A stretch of 64,000 nucleotides of DNA, from NCBI GenBank assembly GCA_963700285.1, contig CAVOXA010000010.1:1920001-1984000 (forward strand). Reading direction: 5' to 3'. The notes under the pieces were generated by a model. The model did not search any database and was not told the origin of the DNA. It saw only the letters and a program-made list of their open reading frames with translations. Source of the DNA: an uncultured Chloroflexia bacterium. GTDB taxonomy: Bacteria; Chloroflexota; Anaerolineae; JAAYZQ01. The position numbers and the translations under genes are program-made. Of the stretch, positions 48,287 to 57,564 are shown piece after piece (the stretch's first letter is position 1; each line of letters opens with the position of its first letter).

Positions 48287-49453
48287 CTACTCTCCGACTC
48301 CCTGGCGCAAGAGGCGGAGCGCCGATTCGGCCAGAACGGCCGCCCCGACGGGCAGGCAGCGCTCGTCGATATCAAAGTACGGGCTGTGGGCTTTGCGCTC
48401 GTCTCCCTCCATGAGACAACCCAGCCGGAACATCGCGCCAGGTACCATAGCAACAAAGACGGCAAAGTCCTCAGCTCCCATCCCCGGTTCCCGGGGCTTG
48501 ACGTGTTCGGCACCCAGCAGGTCGACGCCAACCTCCCGGATCAGGTTGGCGATGCCAGCGTCGTTGATCACCGGTGGCGGGCCGTTCCGGAATCCAAGCT
48601 CAAAATCGCCGCCCAGCGTTCGTGCGATTTCCAGCGCCCGCTCGATTTCAGCGTGGAGCTGGCTCTGGACCTCTGGGTCCTGGTAGCGGATGGTACCCTT
48701 GATCTCGACGTCCTGCGGGATCACGTTGCCCGCCGTCCCTCCGTGGATGGCTCCCACGGTGATCACCGCCGGGTCGAAGGGGTTTATGCGGCGAGAGACG
48801 ATGCCGTGTAGAGCCAAGACCACGTGCGCGGCGATATGGATAGGATCCAGTCCCTTGTGGGGATAGGCGCCGTGGGCGCCCCGGCCGGTGATCGTGGCCC
48901 AGAATCCATCCACCCCGGCGGTAGCTGGTCCGGGGTCCACGGTGATTTCCCCCACTGGCGAACCTCCATGTACGTGGAGGGCTATCACCGCATCCACGCC
49001 CTCCATCGCGCCATCCTCCACCATCCGTGGCGCACCACTAAAGCCCTCTTCGTCCGACATCTCTTCCGAGGGTTGGAAGAGAAAGCGGATAGTGCCCGGG
49101 AATGTCTCTTGGGCCAGCAGCGTGGCCGCACCCAGAGCAACGGCCGTGTGGGCGTCGTGACCGCAGGCGTGCATCAGACCGGAAAGTTGCGAGGCGTAGG
49201 GGACGTCATTGGCCTCCTGGACCGGCAGGGCGTCCATGTCGGCGCGGATGGCAACGATGGGCTGACCCTGTCCCAGCTCACCCATCACGCCGGTCCGTCC
49301 CACACCGGTACGGACCTCATAGCCGAGTGATTCCAGGTTTTCCGCCACCAGCGCGGCGGTACGGGTCTCCCGGAAACCCAATTCGGGATGCATGTGGATC
49401 TCCCGGCGCCAGCCCGTCAACTGAGCCTGGATCTCCTGAGCGCGATCGAGCAT
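48287..49453 (-). CDS. M20D amidohydrolase
   Basis: HMHPELGF, RADMDAL, MHACGHDAH, FQPSEE, AEDF. Confidence 0.93.
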   Translation of the reverse strand: MLDRAQEIQAQLTGWRREIHMHPELGFRETRTAALVAENLESLGYEVRTGVGRTGVMGELGQGQPIVAIRADMDALPVQEANDVPYASQLSGLMHACGHDAHTAVALGAATLLAQETFPGTIRFLFQPSEEMSDEEGFSGAPRMVEDGAMEGVDAVIALHVHGGSPVGEITVDPGPATAGVDGFWATITGRGAHGAYPHKGLDPIHIAAHVVLALHGIVSRRINPFDPAVITVGAIHGGTAGNVIPQDVEIKGTIRYQDPEVQSQLHAEIERALEIARTLGGDFELGFRNGPPPVINDAGIANLIREVGVDLLGAEHVKPREPGMGAEDFAVFVAMVPGAMFRLGCLMEGDERKAHSPYFDIDERCLPVGAAVLAESALRLLRQGVGE

Positions 49454-49463
49454 TCTGTACCTC

Positions 49464-50258
49464 CTAATTTTGGGGTCCGGGCGAGCAGGCAAACCGCCTC
49501 ACCAGCGACTGAACCTCCTCATGGTTCCAGGGGAGGAATCCTCCGCTCCACTCTCGGAGCGCGTGGAAGGCAAGGACAGCCAGGGCACAGCCCGGTACCT
49601 CTGGTGGGAGCAATTCCTGCTCCTCGTGTAAACGTACAAAACGGGCATAGATCTCGTCCGGCATGCTCTCGGCGCCTTCGCGGCGGATGGTGGCCTGCAT
49701 GGCCGTATCTATTACCCCGGGGCGAAAGGCGATGGCCGTGATCTCGGGTTCTTCCGCAGCCAGGATGCGGGTGAAATGATTCAGGCCAGCCTTGGCGCTG
49801 CAATAGGGAGCCCAGCCAGGATATACATTGACTGCTGCCCCAGCGGAAACGTTGATGACGCGCCCCCTGCTCCGGCGCAGGTAGGGAAGCGCTGCCTGGG
49901 TGAGCATGAACGGGCCCAGCAGGTTCACCGCCCAACTCTCCTTCCACTGCTGGGGGTCCCCATCGGCGATGGGTGCGATGGGCGTTAGCACACCGGCATT
50001 GTTCACGACGGCGTCAATCTGGCCAAAAGCTTGGATGGTCTCAGCCACGAAGCGCTGGCAATTGGCCGCCTGGCTCACGTCGCCGGCCACGGCCAGGGCG
50101 CTCCCGCCTGCTGATTCGATCCCCCGAGCCACGGCCACCAGATCCTCCTCCGAACGCGCTGTCAGGACGACGTTGGATTCCATCTGGGCCGCGATGCGCG
50201 CCGTGGCCGCACCCAACCCGCGCGACGCTCCTGTGATCAATATTGTTTGCCTGGCCAT
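49464..50258 (-). CDS. SDR-family oxidoreductase
   Basis: TGASRGLG, NNAG, YCSAK. Confidence 0.93.
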   Translation of the reverse strand: MARQTILITGASRGLGAATARIAAQMESNVVLTARSEEDLVAVARGIESAGGSALAVAGDVSQAANCQRFVAETIQAFGQIDAVVNNAGVLTPIAPIADGDPQQWKESWAVNLLGPFMLTQAALPYLRRSRGRVINVSAGAAVNVYPGWAPYCSAKAGLNHFTRILAAEEPEITAIAFRPGVIDTAMQATIRREGAESMPDEIYARFVRLHEEQELLPPEVPGCALAVLAFHALREWSGGFLPWNHEEVQSLVRRFACSPGPQN

Positions 50259-50273
50259 AACACACCTCCACGA

Positions 50274-52046
50274 TCAGTCTCTGCCCGTCGCCTCCAGTGG
50301 GATCTCTGCCTCACCGGCCTCATCCTCGGACTTGACCCAGGCGAACTTTCGCCGCAGCGCCTTGGGATAGTATCGCTCCAGGACGTCGTATTCAACCTGT
50401 TCTCCCCACTGGAAGTAAACACGGGGATCGATGTATGACTTGAGGCTGGTACCCAGGTTCCACGTACGCTTTTTGGACGCGATGGATGACTGGGACTTGA
50501 CCTTATCCCGGGCCAGCCGGGCTTTCTCCAACTGCGCCTGGGTCCTTTCCACGCGGCGCTCGGCCACCTCGATCCTTTTTTCGTAACGCGCCTTCACTTT
50601 GTCGCGCTGCGCGGGTGTGGCAGCCTGTCTTTTCTCGCGGGCCTCCTTGCGTAGCTCGGTCAGGGCTTCCCGATAATCCCTGACCCGCTCGCGGTAGGTA
50701 CTCACGCGGACATCTGCTTTTTCCTGACGCTCTTTATACCGTTGGCGGCTGCGGGACCAGCTAGCGGGCGCCTGCTTGGTGTGATTGCACAATACGGCCG
50801 CTTCCAAGTTTGCCAGATTGGCGGCCTCCCACTTGATATACTCTGGATCACTGGCCTGGGTGTGCGAATCCACCAGGCTATCGCGGACGGCGATGGTCGC
50901 ATGGTGGGTACGGAACACCTTGGCCGTCAGCCCCGGCAGGATGCCGGACAGATAGACATTGACGTTGCGACTGCTGATGTCGGGAAAGATCTGGGGCATG
51001 TCCCGTGTAGGGTGGCCCCGGTCGCCGTACCCACTCGTGTTGGAGGGGCGCGCATCGCGGATCAACTCCTCCAGGTTCCCCTGGACCACCTCGGGCAGAT
51101 CGAGTGTCTTGTGCCACAGCACCGAGTCCTTGCCCAGGAACCGGAATTCCGCGCTGCCGTCGGGATGTAGGGTCACGTGCTCCGGGCGCAGGGTGGTAGC
51201 GCCGATCGTATCCGCTTCGTCCGGGTCTTTTTCGTCGCCGACACGCAGGCAGAGGGTGTCGATCAAGTAGCAGGCTGTGGCGATCATCCTGGATTTGGGT
51301 TCAGTATCGGCAAGGTCGCGCGAGATCTGCTCCCGAACCATGTCCAACCGGGCGTGCAACACGTGCGCCCGATCAAACTTGCGCGCTTCCCGTTCTTGCT
51401 TGATCGACGCGGTGTCGCTCAGCCACACGTATTTGAGTTTGGCCGACAGTTTGTCCTTCCATCGGGCCACCCACAATGACTCGGGCTGCCAGACGATCTG
51501 CTCCCACTCGCCGGGCAGCTGGGCTGCGTCGGGGCTGAGATTGAGCGTGATATCCTCACGGCGAGCGCCCTCTTTCCAGCGCCCGCGCAGCGGATGCTTG
51601 CCTCGACCCATAAAGATGCCGCTGGGCTCGACCACATAGTTGGCCAATTCGGTCCGCTCGCCATTCACAATGGCGTGCCCGTACTGCTCGCGCAGCGCCT
51701 CCCGCACGACCTTGCGCTCGGCAGCCAGGGCCTTGCGCTCCTCCTTGGTCAACCGCTCCTTGGCCTCCCGTTCCGCTTCTACGACCTGGATGGCGGGGCC
51801 GAAATCTATATCGTCTAGCTTGAGAGCGGGCTCATAACCCAACTCCTGGCTAAAGTCGGCCACAAAGTTCCTGGCAAAAACCTGGTCCTCTACATAGGGA
51901 GTGCCCTGTTTCCTGGCCCAGGCCATGGCCATTTCTTCTTGTTTGGGCGTCATCACCACCGGCAACCCTTGGATCGTGAGCACCAGGCCCAGGTGGGGTG
52001 GTGGATCGGGTACGATGACCCCGTTGTGGACAAGTTTCTCCAACAT
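50274..52046 (-). CDS. DNA topoisomerase IB, large eukaryote/archaea-like type
   Basis: LVHNGV; EPSGIFMGRGKHP; catalytic pentad in LRVGDEK, FLGKDS, AKVFRT, LCNH and GTSLKSYIDPR; long coiled-coil linker. Confidence 0.93.
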   Translation of the reverse strand: MLEKLVHNGVIVPDPPPHLGLVLTIQGLPVVMTPKQEEMAMAWARKQGTPYVEDQVFARNFVADFSQELGYEPALKLDDIDFGPAIQVVEAEREAKERLTKEERKALAAERKVVREALREQYGHAIVNGERTELANYVVEPSGIFMGRGKHPLRGRWKEGARREDITLNLSPDAAQLPGEWEQIVWQPESLWVARWKDKLSAKLKYVWLSDTASIKQEREARKFDRAHVLHARLDMVREQISRDLADTEPKSRMIATACYLIDTLCLRVGDEKDPDEADTIGATTLRPEHVTLHPDGSAEFRFLGKDSVLWHKTLDLPEVVQGNLEELIRDARPSNTSGYGDRGHPTRDMPQIFPDISSRNVNVYLSGILPGLTAKVFRTHHATIAVRDSLVDSHTQASDPEYIKWEAANLANLEAAVLCNHTKQAPASWSRSRQRYKERQEKADVRVSTYRERVRDYREALTELRKEAREKRQAATPAQRDKVKARYEKRIEVAERRVERTQAQLEKARLARDKVKSQSSIASKKRTWNLGTSLKSYIDPRVYFQWGEQVEYDVLERYYPKALRRKFAWVKSEDEAGEAEIPLEATGRD

Positions 52047-52209
52047 CTAGCTAGAGTTTTCCTTTCGCGACGCTATCTCACCAGAGCTCTCGATGGGCGA
52101 ATGTCTGTCTTTTGACCCGGACCCGCAGCCGAGCCAATTCTCACCTGATCAGAGACCTGCAGCGAATGAAGAGAGGCGCTGAAGCGCCCACTACGAACCT
52201 GGGCCTGCC

Positions 52210-53613
52210 CTACCAAGCGGAACGCTTGGCCAGGTCCCGCAGGCTGTAGAACGCCTGGCTGTATAGTATCGGGCTGTTGCCCGGATCCTTCGGATTCGCC
52301 CGGTGGGTGATGGAATACCAGCGCACCGGGTCGCACCACGCATACCAATAGGTGGTACCGAAATCAAGGTTAAAGAGGAACATCGGTCCCATCCAGGGCC
52401 AGTTGGCGTCGGCATAAGCATAGGCCCCGGCCAGGTATGCAGCTTGCTGAGATTCGCTGACCTCCATCCACTCGTGCTCCCCCAGCCCGCAGTCAGTATC
52501 GAGCACCCAGCCGAATTCGGTGACCCACATGGGCGACGTATCACCATAGTCAAGCATGACCTGGCGCTGTTCTTCAGCGCGCCGGAAATAGATGGGGCCC
52601 TTTGCCGCGTTGGGTGCTGTGCCCGGCGCGTCCGGCCCGCCGTAGGGGTGGCTGCCTAGAGCATCAAAGTAACCCTTGGCGCCGTGCTCGTACATGCCAC
52701 GCAGGAAAGTCAGATCCGGTATGACCTGGGGGGCGGCATAGAACGCTCGCGCCCAGGCGATGTTGGCCAGTGAGCCTCCGGTGGGTGCCAGGCCCGCGCT
52801 GACGACGATAGCCCGTGGATCGCCGGCCTTGATACCCTGGTAACCCGCCCGGAGCAACGCCGTGTACTGAGCCACATTGGGCCGCCCGCCCCACTCATAG
52901 TCAAGGTTGGGTTCGTTCCAGATCTCATAGGCCACCGTCTCCAGCCCCTGACCGCGCCAGGTGTCCGCGATGTGTGTCGCCAGTGCCTGGGCAAATTTCT
53001 GGAACGCGGCCCGGTCGGCCGCCGAGGCCGGTGGGCTCCCGATGCCAGATGGAGGCGGCCCGCCCAGACGCAACAGGATGTGGCGCACGTGCGGCACGAA
53101 CTCGCGCATCTGGTTGTCGACGGCCACCCAGTCGTAGCCAGGCCCGGTCCCAGCATTTTCCCAGGAGACATAGCCTTTGGCCCAATCAAAGCCCATCTCT
53201 GTCAGGATGGTAACGTGGTCCGCCGAAGCGATATTGGCCCCATAGCCCAAGTGAGCTGCCTGCACCGGTCTAAACCTCTGGGCAATCAACGGCAAAAAGA
53301 CCTTTTTGCCCTTTGAGTCCTGGTCGAATGACAGGACGAAAGAGCCAATCGCCGCAGCGGCCGGCGGCGGCGCCATACTCACTACCAGCAGAACCCCCGC
53401 CACCAACAGGAGAGCGATCACCAACACCAGGGACCGGGGCGCGCTCCCCCGTGGACCTGTTGTCCGTCTGGGGGAGCGGGAAGAACTAGCCTGCTTTCCG
53501 ATGGACAAAGATTTCCAACCAAACCTGTCCTGGCCCGGGTCTGCTTGCGCGACGGAGTACTTTCTGGGGTTACAATGCAAGGCTGCCACCCGGGTACCGG
53601 TGGGAAGGATCAC
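52210..53613 (-). CDS. Secreted clan GH-A glycoside hydrolase (GH5/GH39-like); true start probably downstream
   Basis: YEIWNEPN (acid/base), DALGSHPY, WVTEFGW (nucleophile); signal peptide followed by KVFLPLIA. Confidence 0.8.
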   Translation of the reverse strand: MILPTGTRVAALHCNPRKYSVAQADPGQDRFGWKSLSIGKQASSSRSPRRTTGPRGSAPRSLVLVIALLLVAGVLLVVSMAPPPAAAAIGSFVLSFDQDSKGKKVFLPLIAQRFRPVQAAHLGYGANIASADHVTILTEMGFDWAKGYVSWENAGTGPGYDWVAVDNQMREFVPHVRHILLRLGGPPPSGIGSPPASAADRAAFQKFAQALATHIADTWRGQGLETVAYEIWNEPNLDYEWGGRPNVAQYTALLRAGYQGIKAGDPRAIVVSAGLAPTGGSLANIAWARAFYAAPQVIPDLTFLRGMYEHGAKGYFDALGSHPYGGPDAPGTAPNAAKGPIYFRRAEEQRQVMLDYGDTSPMWVTEFGWVLDTDCGLGEHEWMEVSESQQAAYLAGAYAYADANWPWMGPMFLFNLDFGTTYWYAWCDPVRWYSITHRANPKDPGNSPILYSQAFYSLRDLAKRSAW

Positions 53614-53990
53614 TCGCCGCCAAAGAATTCTCTCAGCGTCTTGGCAACCTGGAAGACAAGGAATCCCGCCAGGATCATGCCAGCGATGGAGACCTTGGCG
53701 ACATCCGTGGTCTCTTCAAAATAGACGCGCTCGGGCGTGACGACGATGGCACCCAGGGGCCTGGCAGCAGAGGCAGCGCCACCACCCCCGCCTTCACCCT
53801 CGGCCACGGGGCCGCCTTCCTCGTCCGCTTCACCTGTGCCACTGCCAAAGCCCAGGCCAAAACCATAGCGGACTTGGGCCACGGGGATGATCGTCCTGTC
53901 TTCGACCACTTGCGGCTCACCAAAAGCGGTGCGCCAGTTGGCCGTGTCCCTCGCTTGCTCAACGATTTCGAATAGTCTGTTCAGAGACAT
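53610..53990 (-). CDS. GerW/YtfJ-family protein
   Basis: FGEP...TIIPVA.V.YGFG.G.G...GGGGG....PLGAIVV; C-terminal TM segment. Confidence 0.75.
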   Translation of the reverse strand: MSLNRLFEIVEQARDTANWRTAFGEPQVVEDRTIIPVAQVRYGFGLGFGSGTGEADEEGGPVAEGEGGGGGAASAARPLGAIVVTPERVYFEETTDVAKVSIAGMILAGFLVFQVAKTLREFFGGE

Positions 53991-54057
53991 CGTCTTCTCC
54001 TTGTCCAGGTATTGCTGGAGAACCTCTGAGGAGTGGCAGTCCTGGCGCGCCTCTCCC

Positions 54058-54414
54058 TCAGCGGTTGGCGCTCGCCGGTCGCCACCAACGCAGCCATTGG
54101 CGGAACGTGGCAAACACCAGCGCCATGGCTATCCCTGCCCCGAGGAGGAGCCGCATGGTCGTAGCGGTCGCGTCCGTGATGACGATGCGCTTTTCCCCTT
54201 CGGCCATCTGCTCCACTATGGCCAGGGGGCTGACCAGCACCAAGCCTGCCGCCCAGCCGCCAATGCTGCTAGACCCGATAGTGGCCCGGGCTCTACCATA
54301 GGAGACGAGCCGCGTCTCAGGAACCAAGGTCCGGCCCCCAACCTGATACGGCTTACCTCGTACCACCTCGACCCGGTACGGTCGCTGCCTGACACGTTTG
54401 CCCTCACCTGCCAT
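54058..54414 (-). CDS. Divergent YtfJ-like protein
   Basis: GKPYQVGGRTLVP...VSPLAIV; C-terminal TM segment. Confidence 0.55.
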   Translation of the reverse strand: MAGEGKRVRQRPYRVEVVRGKPYQVGGRTLVPETRLVSYGRARATIGSSSIGGWAAGLVLVSPLAIVEQMAEGEKRIVITDATATTMRLLLGAGIAMALVFATFRQWLRWWRPASANR

Positions 54415-54543
54415 TGCTTCCCCCTTGCCGGTCTGTAGCCCGCTCAGTATAGCATAGAACCAGGTCACGAACAATCTTTGCAGCCCGTCGCGCCAGGGGA
54501 GCGTGGAGGGGCGAGGGGATGCACCACCCCCTTTGCGTCCTCG

Positions 54544-54572
54544 TTGACACGATGGCCAGTGTGGGCTATAAT
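54544..54572 (+). promoter_or_regulatory. Consensus sigma70 promoter
   Basis: TTGACA-17bp-TATAAT. Confidence 0.8.
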
Positions 54573-54609
54573 AGACGCCGCTGGCCACGTCAAGCGCAAA
54601 GGGGAAGCG

Positions 54610-55044
54610 ATGCCGCCATTAGCCCGACACTTTATCAAAACCGCGTTTGTCTACTTTGTCGTCGCCTTTGTGCTTGGTGCGCTGATGATGCTGGACCGCT
54701 GGCTGAATTTCAGCCGCTGGCTCAAAATGGTATACCTGGGCCAGCTACACCTGTTGGTCGTCGGCTGGATCACCCAGCTAGCCATTGGCGTCGCCTATTG
54801 GATGTTCCCCCGCTTGCGGAAAGAACAGGATCCCCGTCCCCGTGGTTCTGACGCCCTGACCTGGTTCGTGCTCATCGCGCTGAACGCCGGCTTGTTATTG
54901 CGCTTCTTGCTGGAGCCCTTCTATTTGATGGGGCCCCAGCCCTGGTTGGCAGCCCTGATGGCCCTGTCCGGCATCCTGCAGGCAGCCGCAGCCTTAGCCT
55001 TTGGCCTGCTCGTCTGGTCCCGAATTCGTCCCATGGAAACGTAG
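54610..55044 (+). CDS. 4-TM membrane protein (NnrS / heme-copper-oxidase-like fragment family)
   Basis: HLLVVGWITQLAIGVAYWMFP; LNAGLLLR. Confidence 0.65.
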   Translation: MPPLARHFIKTAFVYFVVAFVLGALMMLDRWLNFSRWLKMVYLGQLHLLVVGWITQLAIGVAYWMFPRLRKEQDPRPRGSDALTWFVLIALNAGLLLRFLLEPFYLMGPQPWLAALMALSGILQAAAALAFGLLVWSRIRPMET

Positions 55045-55053
55045 GGAGACACT

Positions 55054-55524
55054 GTGCCAACCACTTCTCGTACCTTTGTCAAAGCCTCTATCATCTATCT
55101 TTGCCTGGGCGCGATCTTGGGCGCACTCATGTACATCAACCGCTCCATCCCCCTGGGACCGTGGGTCGGCTATGTGCGCGTAACACATATCCAGATGCTC
55201 GTCGTCGGCTGGTTGACCCAGCTCATCCTGGGCGTGGCCTGGTGGCTCTTTCCCCCCTTGAAGATCGGCCTGCGAACGGATGCGCCCCTGCCCGTCCGGC
55301 GCGGGCAGACGCAGCGTGGCAGCGAGCCCCTGTTCTGGGCGACCTTTGTCTTCCTCAATGCTGGCATCCTGCTGCGAGCCATCGGCGAACCCATCTACAC
55401 CTGGACCAAGATCGACCTTTTCCGCTTTCTGGTGGCCATCTCCGGTCTCTTTTTGCTGCTGGCAGCAATGATGTTTGTGGCCAACATATGGAGCCGGGTC
55501 CGAGAGCTAGGGCGAGGGAAATAG
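55054..55524 (+). CDS. Paralog of the preceding membrane protein
   Basis: HIQMLVVGWLTQLILGVAWWLFP; LNAGILLR. Confidence 0.65.
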   Translation: MPTTSRTFVKASIIYLCLGAILGALMYINRSIPLGPWVGYVRVTHIQMLVVGWLTQLILGVAWWLFPPLKIGLRTDAPLPVRRGQTQRGSEPLFWATFVFLNAGILLRAIGEPIYTWTKIDLFRFLVAISGLFLLLAAMMFVANIWSRVRELGRGK

Positions 55525-55573
55525 AGTCCAAGTGCTGGGGGATTGGAGGCTAGCAATTAGCCGAGGGAGCTGA

Positions 55574-55616
55574 AAACGAAAAGCGGCCAGCTCCCATGCT
55601 CTGAAAGCTGACCGCT
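55574..55616 (-). terminator. Probable terminator of the 55636..56526 gene
   Basis: AGCGGCCAGCT / AGCTGACCGCT stem followed by TTTTCGTTTT on the minus strand. Confidence 0.55.
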
Positions 55617-55635
55617 GTCTGCTAGTTGCTAAAAG

Positions 55636-56526
55636 CTATACGAACCCGTTGTCGATCTTGTAACGCGCAATCTCTGATTGGATCTGGGCCCGCTGCTGCA
55701 GCGCTTCCTGGGTGGGGGCCACAAGTTTGTTTTCCCAGGTATCAGCCAGCCCGGCCAGGTCTTCCAGATGGGCCTCCAGCGGGTCCAGGATCCGTTCCAC
55801 GATCGGATCCACAAAGAACGAGCCCATGCCCTCGCCATCCTCGGCGGAAAACCAATTCGCGCGCATGGGTTCTAGCAGTTCGCTATTGATCCCCTCAACC
55901 AGTTCGTCCACGCTGGTCATCAACTGGACCATTCCATCGAGGACACCGCGGATCTTGTCGCCCAGGCCAAAGGGCAGGTTATCGAGGAGCATGCCCGAGA
56001 AATCCTTGAGCGCCACGGCAACCGGGTTGTCCGTCGCCTTTTCCAGGGCCTTGGCCACGGCCTTCTCCACCGCCTCGATGCCGTTGGCCACAGCCGAAAC
56101 CTGATCCTCCAACCAGAGGAGGGATTCTCGCGCCGTGGGCAGCGCGCCTTCAAGGGATAGCAGCACGCCTTCAACCGCTTCCAGCCCTGACTTGAGGATG
56201 CTGGCCCCCTGCTCCAGTGCCTGCAGGGGCAGCGCCGCAGCCGCCATCCCGGCCCGCAGGATCGCGTCCAGCCCAACTTTTTCCAGACCTTCGTAGAGAT
56301 CCAGCAAGCCCTGCAACCGGGCGATCTCAGCCTCGGCGCTCTCAAGAGAAGCCTGTGTTTCGGCGTCCACCGTCTTCCAGACGGCAGCCCCTGTTCCGGC
56401 CGCCACGGCCAAGCCCGCCGCCCCGCCGACCACGGCGCCAGTCAGGAACTGGCGCCGGCTCACCGGCTCAGGTTCGGGCTTTGTATCCCCAGAAAAGAAC
56501 TCTTCTAACGTCTGTTCTTCCGCCAT
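55636..56526 (-). CDS. Hypothetical helical protein with a twin-arginine (Tat) motif
   Basis: SRRQFL plus a hydrophobic stretch; heptad-rich body. Confidence 0.65.
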   Translation of the reverse strand: MAEEQTLEEFFSGDTKPEPEPVSRRQFLTGAVVGGAAGLAVAAGTGAAVWKTVDAETQASLESAEAEIARLQGLLDLYEGLEKVGLDAILRAGMAAAALPLQALEQGASILKSGLEAVEGVLLSLEGALPTARESLLWLEDQVSAVANGIEAVEKAVAKALEKATDNPVAVALKDFSGMLLDNLPFGLGDKIRGVLDGMVQLMTSVDELVEGINSELLEPMRANWFSAEDGEGMGSFFVDPIVERILDPLEAHLEDLAGLADTWENKLVAPTQEALQQRAQIQSEIARYKIDNGFV

Positions 56527-56658
56527 CGTCTCTCCTCATCTCCAAACAATGATTCTCCCGTTCCCAACAGTACAACGGCCGCATACACGGTTCCTCTACG
56601 CCATCCTGCCATGCTCTATACGGCAAAGCCCCAACAAAGTTGCGGTACCGGCAAGTCT

Positions 56659-57525
56659 CTACCGTTTCTTTTTCTTTTTACCTTTCTTTCTCTGTTTCCT
56701 ACGCGCTTGCTTCTGGCTCTTGCGCACTTGCTTGCGCGCTTTGCGCCTGTCAGAGCTGTCCCCCTGACAAGAGGGTCTCACTGGCTGGACCCTCTTTGTC
56801 GACCTGGCTTCCGAACGCTTCCAGTGTTCCTGCATGAGTTGGTGTGAGGAAAGTAGATCTCGGGGCTCCGGCATCACCCCATAGAGGGGATCGGTGGACT
56901 GGTACAGCCTTTCGTAATCCTCCCGATCAATGACCCACAGATCGATCCAGTCGCCGTCAAAGAGCTGCCCGATCAACTCGTAGGCCTGCGGATCGCGCAG
57001 GTCGGCCAAATTCGAAACGGCCGAGGGCCAGATTTCGGGGTTCTCTACCGCCGATGCTTCGTCCCAAGTATGGGCTGGGTTGGGCAAAAGGCTCCGCAGG
57101 ATCGCCGTGATGCGCCCGTAGGTTTCCGGGTAGCGGGCGGCAATGCGGGCCAGCGCACTGGCTGCGAGCCCGCGCGGGTACCAGTCCGCCGCTTTCTCAT
57201 TGACCATCATCTCCAGGGTATCGATGGCCACCGGACCATACTTGTCCAGGCCATTGGTGTCCACCCATTCGTTCAGACCGGGATCTTCTAGCAACGTCTG
57301 ACTGATGGCCGGCAGAGCTTTCTCGGCCCGCATCTCGATCAGCATCAACAGTGCGTGGACTTGGGGCCAATCGTCGTCGGATTCTACCACCTGGATGAGC
57401 CGGTCCACAACCGCCTCACCCTGGGCCATGATCGCAGCCATCAAGTCGAGGTCAATATAGCGATCGGACTCGTACAGTTGGTCGATCAACTTGTCGAGTG
57501 CAACGCTTCTGTTCTCGCTTGTCAT
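56659..57525 (-). CDS. HEAT-like / DUF1186-like protein with a highly basic C-tail
   Basis: HALLML.EMRAEKALP, LADLR...I..LFD; tail RRKARKQVRKSQKQARRKQRKKGKKKKKR. Confidence 0.6.
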   Translation of the reverse strand: MTSENRSVALDKLIDQLYESDRYIDLDLMAAIMAQGEAVVDRLIQVVESDDDWPQVHALLMLIEMRAEKALPAISQTLLEDPGLNEWVDTNGLDKYGPVAIDTLEMMVNEKAADWYPRGLAASALARIAARYPETYGRITAILRSLLPNPAHTWDEASAVENPEIWPSAVSNLADLRDPQAYELIGQLFDGDWIDLWVIDREDYERLYQSTDPLYGVMPEPRDLLSSHQLMQEHWKRSEARSTKRVQPVRPSCQGDSSDRRKARKQVRKSQKQARRKQRKKGKKKKKR

Positions 57526-57564
57526 GGGTCCTCCCGTGCCAGGGCTTTTGCGCGCCGTAGCCAG

